DNA of 64,000 bases from Macrostomum lignano (lineage: Eukaryota): positions 1-64,000 of the forward strand of contig NIVC01000036.1 of the NCBI GenBank assembly GCA_002269645.1. Direction: 5' to 3'. Below are positions 59,770 through 64,000 of the stretch, one piece after another. The number at the start of each line of letters is the position of its first letter. Positions within the stretch are counted from its first letter, which is position 1. The position numbers and the translations under genes were made by a program. The notes under the pieces were generated by a model that did not search any database, had not been told where the DNA came from, and was given only the letters and a program-made list of their open reading frames with translations.

Positions 59770-61600
59770 TGTAACACCGGTGGCAGTGATGCGCTGCCCC
59801 AATACGGGTGCGGAGGGCTCACCGTTGGTGGAGCGACCAGTAGCGGAGCCGTCGCAGTAGATGGGCCAGCAGCAGACGGATGAGGTTGAGCACGCAACTC
59901 ATCGTGAACTCATCGAAAAACTGGTTTTGAGCTCAAGGCCGACAAATTGTGTACAAGTACAAGCAAAAATCCATATACTAAAAATCCGAGCTAAAATCTC
60001 AGACTCGGAGAAGCCTCAAGAGATCTTGGGCTTTGCAAGGGGCTTAATTTACTGGGTTATTGAATTTGAGGCCTCCCTATTCTTAAGGGATTGGATAGGA
60101 TCTGCGTACCGATTCCGATACTCTTAGAGGATTATTGATTTGATTGATTTTGGTATCCTAGAGTAACCGATAGGGGCACACGACTCCGATTCCATTATTT
60201 CTAGAAGAAGACGGCCTTTCTGGAGGACCTCGTCATTTTTACAAGTTGACCCTGTTATTTGGGCGCATCTTTGATTTGAAGTACTTGGTTTTCTCGAGGT
60301 GGCCTGGTAGGTCTTTGAATCCCACCGCTGCCACCAGTGAAGTACAGGCTGATTGCTTCCCGGATTAGGGCCTTGCGGATTACCTTAAGCCTCGAGCCTC
60401 TTCAGTGGGAAGTTCTCTCAACTCTCAGTAGCGTAGGTAGTGCTGCCACCAGTTCCTTCAGGTCTCGGCCTTCGGTGAGGTGAGCTTCCCGTCGGAACGA
60501 AATAATGAAGTCAACGAACACAGCACAGCGTGCAGATTTAGAGCGCAATGAATAGGGCGTCTCGTCAGCAGTACCTGCCGGGCTAGGATGGTAGAGGGAG
60601 GGCTGAGTTAGCCTCTCGTAGACTTGGGTTGACTTGGTCGGGTTTCAGTCGGAGCAATAGGAATAGGGTCAATATGCGCAAAGGCTCGGACACTCGGGAT
60701 TTAGTCACACGCAGACGTAGAACTCGAGGTTGAACAGAAAGAAGACTAGCACAGAACAAGACTCGATCCTTGACGGAAACAAGGGAGAGAGGGCTCCTAT
60801 TTATAGCGCGGGATCCACCTCTGACCCATTGCACAAGATCTCGTGACTTGTTCTATTTTTAGAACTGACGTCACTCATGGCCTCTGGGCAGAGTCCCTTT
60901 GCGCACGGACCCCGTGACTCGTTCTATTTTTAGAACTGACGTCACTTGGGGTCCCCCGGCAGAGTGCACACGGCTGTGACTCAGTTGCTATTTTTAGCAA
61001 CATGAGTCACTCCTCTCCTTAGAGAAGGGAGGGTACCGAAGCATGTGACTCCCCGGTAAACAGGGCCAGCAAGTGCAGTAAACATGTTTACTGCACTTTA
61101 AGACTTCAAGAAAGCAAGGCCTGTCATGTGACTGGCTCACATGACAAGGGAAACAGAGACTGACGAAACAAGAACAGCCCACGACAGAGAGGCTGAGGGC
61201 TGAGAAACGAAGGGCAGCACGGACGGAAGGAGGGAAGGGAGCAGCAACAGGCCACCAAGAGGAGGGAGGCGGGAAGCTGACCAGCGGCAGACAGCAACCC
61301 AGGGCGAGGGCGAGAAAGGGCAGCTGCTGACAAAGTGGGACGCCTAACATCAACTAGCGGATCACTACAGATTTCTGCACTCGAGGAATACTTCGACGTC
61401 GACGGATTAAATTGATAAGCTCTCATATTCGGCCGATTTTAGAACTCAAGAAGACTGTTCCGGATAAAGAAGAATTGAAGAAACGAGCTCGGAGAACCTG
61501 CCCGACAAAGAAGAGAAGCCCGCACCAGTAAGTGATCACTGAATTTTGTTCCCAGGCTTGAGGTCTGGAAGTGGGAGTTCGTGCGTTTAGACACTAGACT
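59770..61600. mobile_element. LTR-like non-coding block, boundaries uncertain
   Basis: Starts with TGTAACA and contains a TATA-like motif and tandem enhancer-like palindromes. No TSD, partner LTR or pol found. Confidence 0.3.
60797..61146. promoter_or_regulatory. TATA-like box plus three MEF2-CRE/AP-1 modules and two perfect inverted repeats
   Basis: CTATTTATAG at 60797; CTATTTTTAG at 60853, 60924, 60988; TGACGTCA at 60866, 60937; TGACTCA at 60977; TGAGTCA at 61003; palindromes at 61071-61098 and 61122-61146. Confidence 0.55.
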
Positions 61601-61669
61601 TAATTCTCTCTCTTCAAGAGAGTAAGAGAGATTTTCTCTCCGTCCGGCAAAATCTCATTTGGACTAAAG

Positions 61670-62020
61670 TAGTAGCCCTGTAAAATAATCCATGCACATG
61701 TGAGCTACCAGTGAGATACTGGAGCTGAGTAGCCCTGTAAAATAATCCATGCACATGTGAGCTACCAGGGAGATACTGGAGCTGAGTAGCCCTGTAAAAT
61801 AATCCATGCACATGTAAGCTACCAGTGAGATACTGGAGCTGAGTAGTCCTGTAAAATAATCCATGTGCATGTGAGCTACCAGTGAGATACTGGAGCTGAG
61901 TAGCCCTGTAAAATAATCCATGCACATGTAAACTACCAGTGAGATACTGGAGCTGAGTAGTCCTGTAAAATAATCCATGTGCATGTGAGCTACCAGTGAG
62001 ATACTGGAGCTGAGTCGTCA
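61670..62020. repeat. 57-bp minisatellite, about 6 units
   Basis: 19-aa periodicity in the ORF track. Confidence 0.92.
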
Positions 62021-62695
62021 GAGACCAAATGAGACTCATGACACTTCAAATTATATCAAACTCTATCTGCAGTGTGCCAGTGCGTCCGCTGATTAGCACA
62101 AACGTTCTCAGCACCATCAATTCAATTTCTCAAGAGATGCTGAAGCTCTTATCTAACTCTCTCTTCGCGTCCGCGATTTTGTAGCAGACATTTCTCCTTG
62201 AGCTCTCGAGATGACATGTACTTATACTTTATACTCAACCCGCAACCCAGCAGAGTCAATGAAAGTTTCTCACCCACTTAAAAGTCAAACAAGCGAGCAC
62301 TTGAAGAGACTTGAAGTTGCATGGCTTGGGACGCAAGGCAGGTGCTGCAGACTCAGACAGCCCTGTCAGTAGTTATTCAATCTGACACCAACAGACAAAC
62401 AGGTGCAAGATCGTTCATTCAAAACTCAATATTTATTCTGGCAATACAGCTCTGTCGTCTTGTTGATTCTGAAGGAGCACGAGGTTCTCAAATTGACTTT
62501 ATTTAGTCGCGTCTGGCAAACAGCAAGCCAGCCGGGACTCTTGCGCTTGCAGAGCCCTCTGCAATTTTTCAGCATTCTGTGCTTGAAGAACCTGTGAAAT
62601 TGAGAGCTTGGAAACTGAATCGAAGAAACTGCAGTGAATGGCATCCGCAAACATCGCGCCGCGGCTGCTTCTGCTGCTGCTGCTGCTGCTGCTGC

Positions 62696-64000
62696 GTGTG
62701 TGTGTGTGTGTGTGTGTGCCGCTCAACTCATGCGCTTCCATCTTTCTTTGATCCAGTTCCAGAACCTGTAGGCAGCGTCTGGTTGGTTCCACAGATCGCA
62801 CAGGCCGGTGATGTTGTACTCCTGCCTCCTTTTCCACGTAGCCGGGCAATCCATTAAGTGCGAGTTGGATTCTTCGCCATCTCCACATAGCCTGCAGCTG
62901 TCACTGTCCTGGTTGCCAAGTCTCTTGCGGAACTGGTTCAGTTCGAGGGAGTGTCCGGTACGGAAGCGTCTGAAGCTCACTGCTTCGCTGCGGTCTGCAT
63001 AGTCCTTCTTCCAGTTGCTTTTGGGGCCTTTGCTGTAGGTCTCTTTGCTGCGTTGGTGGCTCCATTCCTTCGCTCTGGTCAGGTCTCGGTAGATGGATCT
63101 CTTAACCGGGTTGGCAAGCACACCGGCTCCTCCAGCTGGTCTGCCGGCTGCGGCCTTTGCCGTGGTGTCGGCCTCTTCGTTCCCGCTGAGGCCACAGTGG
63201 GCCGGGACCCAGCAAATGATGAGCCGGCCGTTGGTCTCACTGGCTGCCTGCAAGTTGTTGGTGATTCTATTGGCTATCGGATTACTTCTCCTGCTGTGGA
63301 GGAGCTGGAGGCTGCTGAGGCTGTCCGTGGCAATGCAGGTGCTTTTTCCCCGGCCATGGTGACGGATCCAATCAGTGGCTGCTTGCAGTGCGTGCAGCTC
63401 AGCCTGGAGTGAGCTGCAGGGCTTGCCGGCGTCGACCTCAATACGGGTTTGTGTGTCCCAGCCGTCGATCCCTTTGGCTGTCACAACGACTCCGCCACCA
63501 CCTTTACCGTCACTGCTAACTGATCCGTCCGTGTAGAGGATGAGGTCTGCGTCGGCTGCGCAGCTTTGGATGATGTTCTCGGCCAGGTTCCTGTTGTCAG
63601 CTTCGCAAAGCTTGCGCCGGCCTTCCATGTGAATCGTGAATTTCCTTTCCTCCCATGGGGCCAGCGTGGCAGGTTGTTCATCCTTCTCCACTGTGATGTT
63701 GAGCAGACCATGGTCATCAAGCAACTCTTTAGCTCGGGCTCTCCAGCCTTTTCTTTTAAGCCTCTGCTTTGGCCCTTCGCCAACCAGCTCTCTTCTGATG
63801 CTACCGGGGGGCTGTCGTCTGAGGCGGTCGAATTTCTCGGCCCATCTGGCCTTGCTGCACACTTTGAGGGGCTCAAGGCCGCTTTCCATACTGAGCGCTT
63901 CAACCGGGGTAGTAGCCATGAGACCAGTCATGATCCTTTCAGCTGAGCGCTGTATCACTTCGAGCTTGTGCCAGCTGCTTTCGCTGATCCAAGGCATCCA
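62696..64000 (-). mobile_element. Third I-group non-LTR element, 3' end (continues beyond window), (CA)n tail abutting (GCA)n
   Basis: The ORF stop at 62723 is followed after 4 nt by (CA)11 and then a CAG-type tract. Confidence 0.9.
62723..63997 (-). CDS. Retroelement C-terminal region: post-RT linker, RNase H, CCHC finger (partial)
   Basis: LYTDGS, AELHAL, TDSLS, WVPAHCGLSGNEEAD, CRLCGDGEESNSHLMDC. Confidence 0.9.
   Translation of the reverse strand: MPWISESSWHKLEVIQRSAERIMTGLMATTPVEALSMESGLEPLKVCSKARWAEKFDRLRRQPPGSIRRELVGEGPKQRLKRKGWRARAKELLDDHGLLNITVEKDEQPATLAPWEERKFTIHMEGRRKLCEADNRNLAENIIQSCAADADLILYTDGSVSSDGKGGGGVVVTAKGIDGWDTQTRIEVDAGKPCSSLQAELHALQAATDWIRHHGRGKSTCIATDSLSSLQLLHSRRSNPIANRITNNLQAASETNGRLIICWVPAHCGLSGNEEADTTAKAAAGRPAGGAGVLANPVKRSIYRDLTRAKEWSHQRSKETYSKGPKSNWKKDYADRSEAVSFRRFRTGHSLELNQFRKRLGNQDSDSCRLCGDGEESNSHLMDCPATWKRRQEYNITGLCDLWNQPDAAYRFWNWIKERWKRMS

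Noticed and set aside
59770-61600. Definite solo LTR call
   Set aside because: No matching terminal CA with a TSD, and no polyA signal, PBS or PPT identified. Kept only at low confidence.
62100-62660. Short coiled-coil-like fragments left of element 3
   Set aside because: Stops occur in all frames, and no consistent gene model is possible within the window.

Overview
Eukaryotic (animal) genomic DNA. The GC-rich exons with CAG/GCA runs and the minisatellite-filled introns suggest a flatworm such as Macrostomum, but this is inference only. Six conserved genes were assembled by hand with phase-consistent splice sites: TMEM18 and XRCC4-like on the minus strand, and OAF, CCDC112, FAXDC2 and SYF2 as a tight plus-strand cluster. 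There are also an intronless PAN + C-type lectin gene, an orphan 4-TM gene and an orphan Q/P-rich ORF. Mobile DNA includes three Ingi/I-group non-LTR retrotransposon copies, an intact mariner, tRNA-derived SINEs (one nested), hAT- and Mutator-type MITEs, an LTR-like regulatory block and more than 20 distinct tandem arrays. Top signals: (1) a full-length Ingi-like element (9760-14178) whose 5' end folds as a CPEB3/HDV-like ribozyme that contains the start codon, followed by a 2A StopGo motif (LLLRAGDVESNPGP), PHD, APE, RT and RNase H; (2) two genes whose first coding exon starts at a phase-0 acceptor with no convincing ATG, consistent with a spliced-leader-supplied AUG in operon-like clusters; (3) a twin-primed, 5'-inverted retroelement with a 41-bp hairpin junction whose tail is fused in frame to an orphan ORF. 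Three host genes carry single-base homopolymer frameshifts that are probably assembly errors. All calls are by eye; no searches or folding programs were run.
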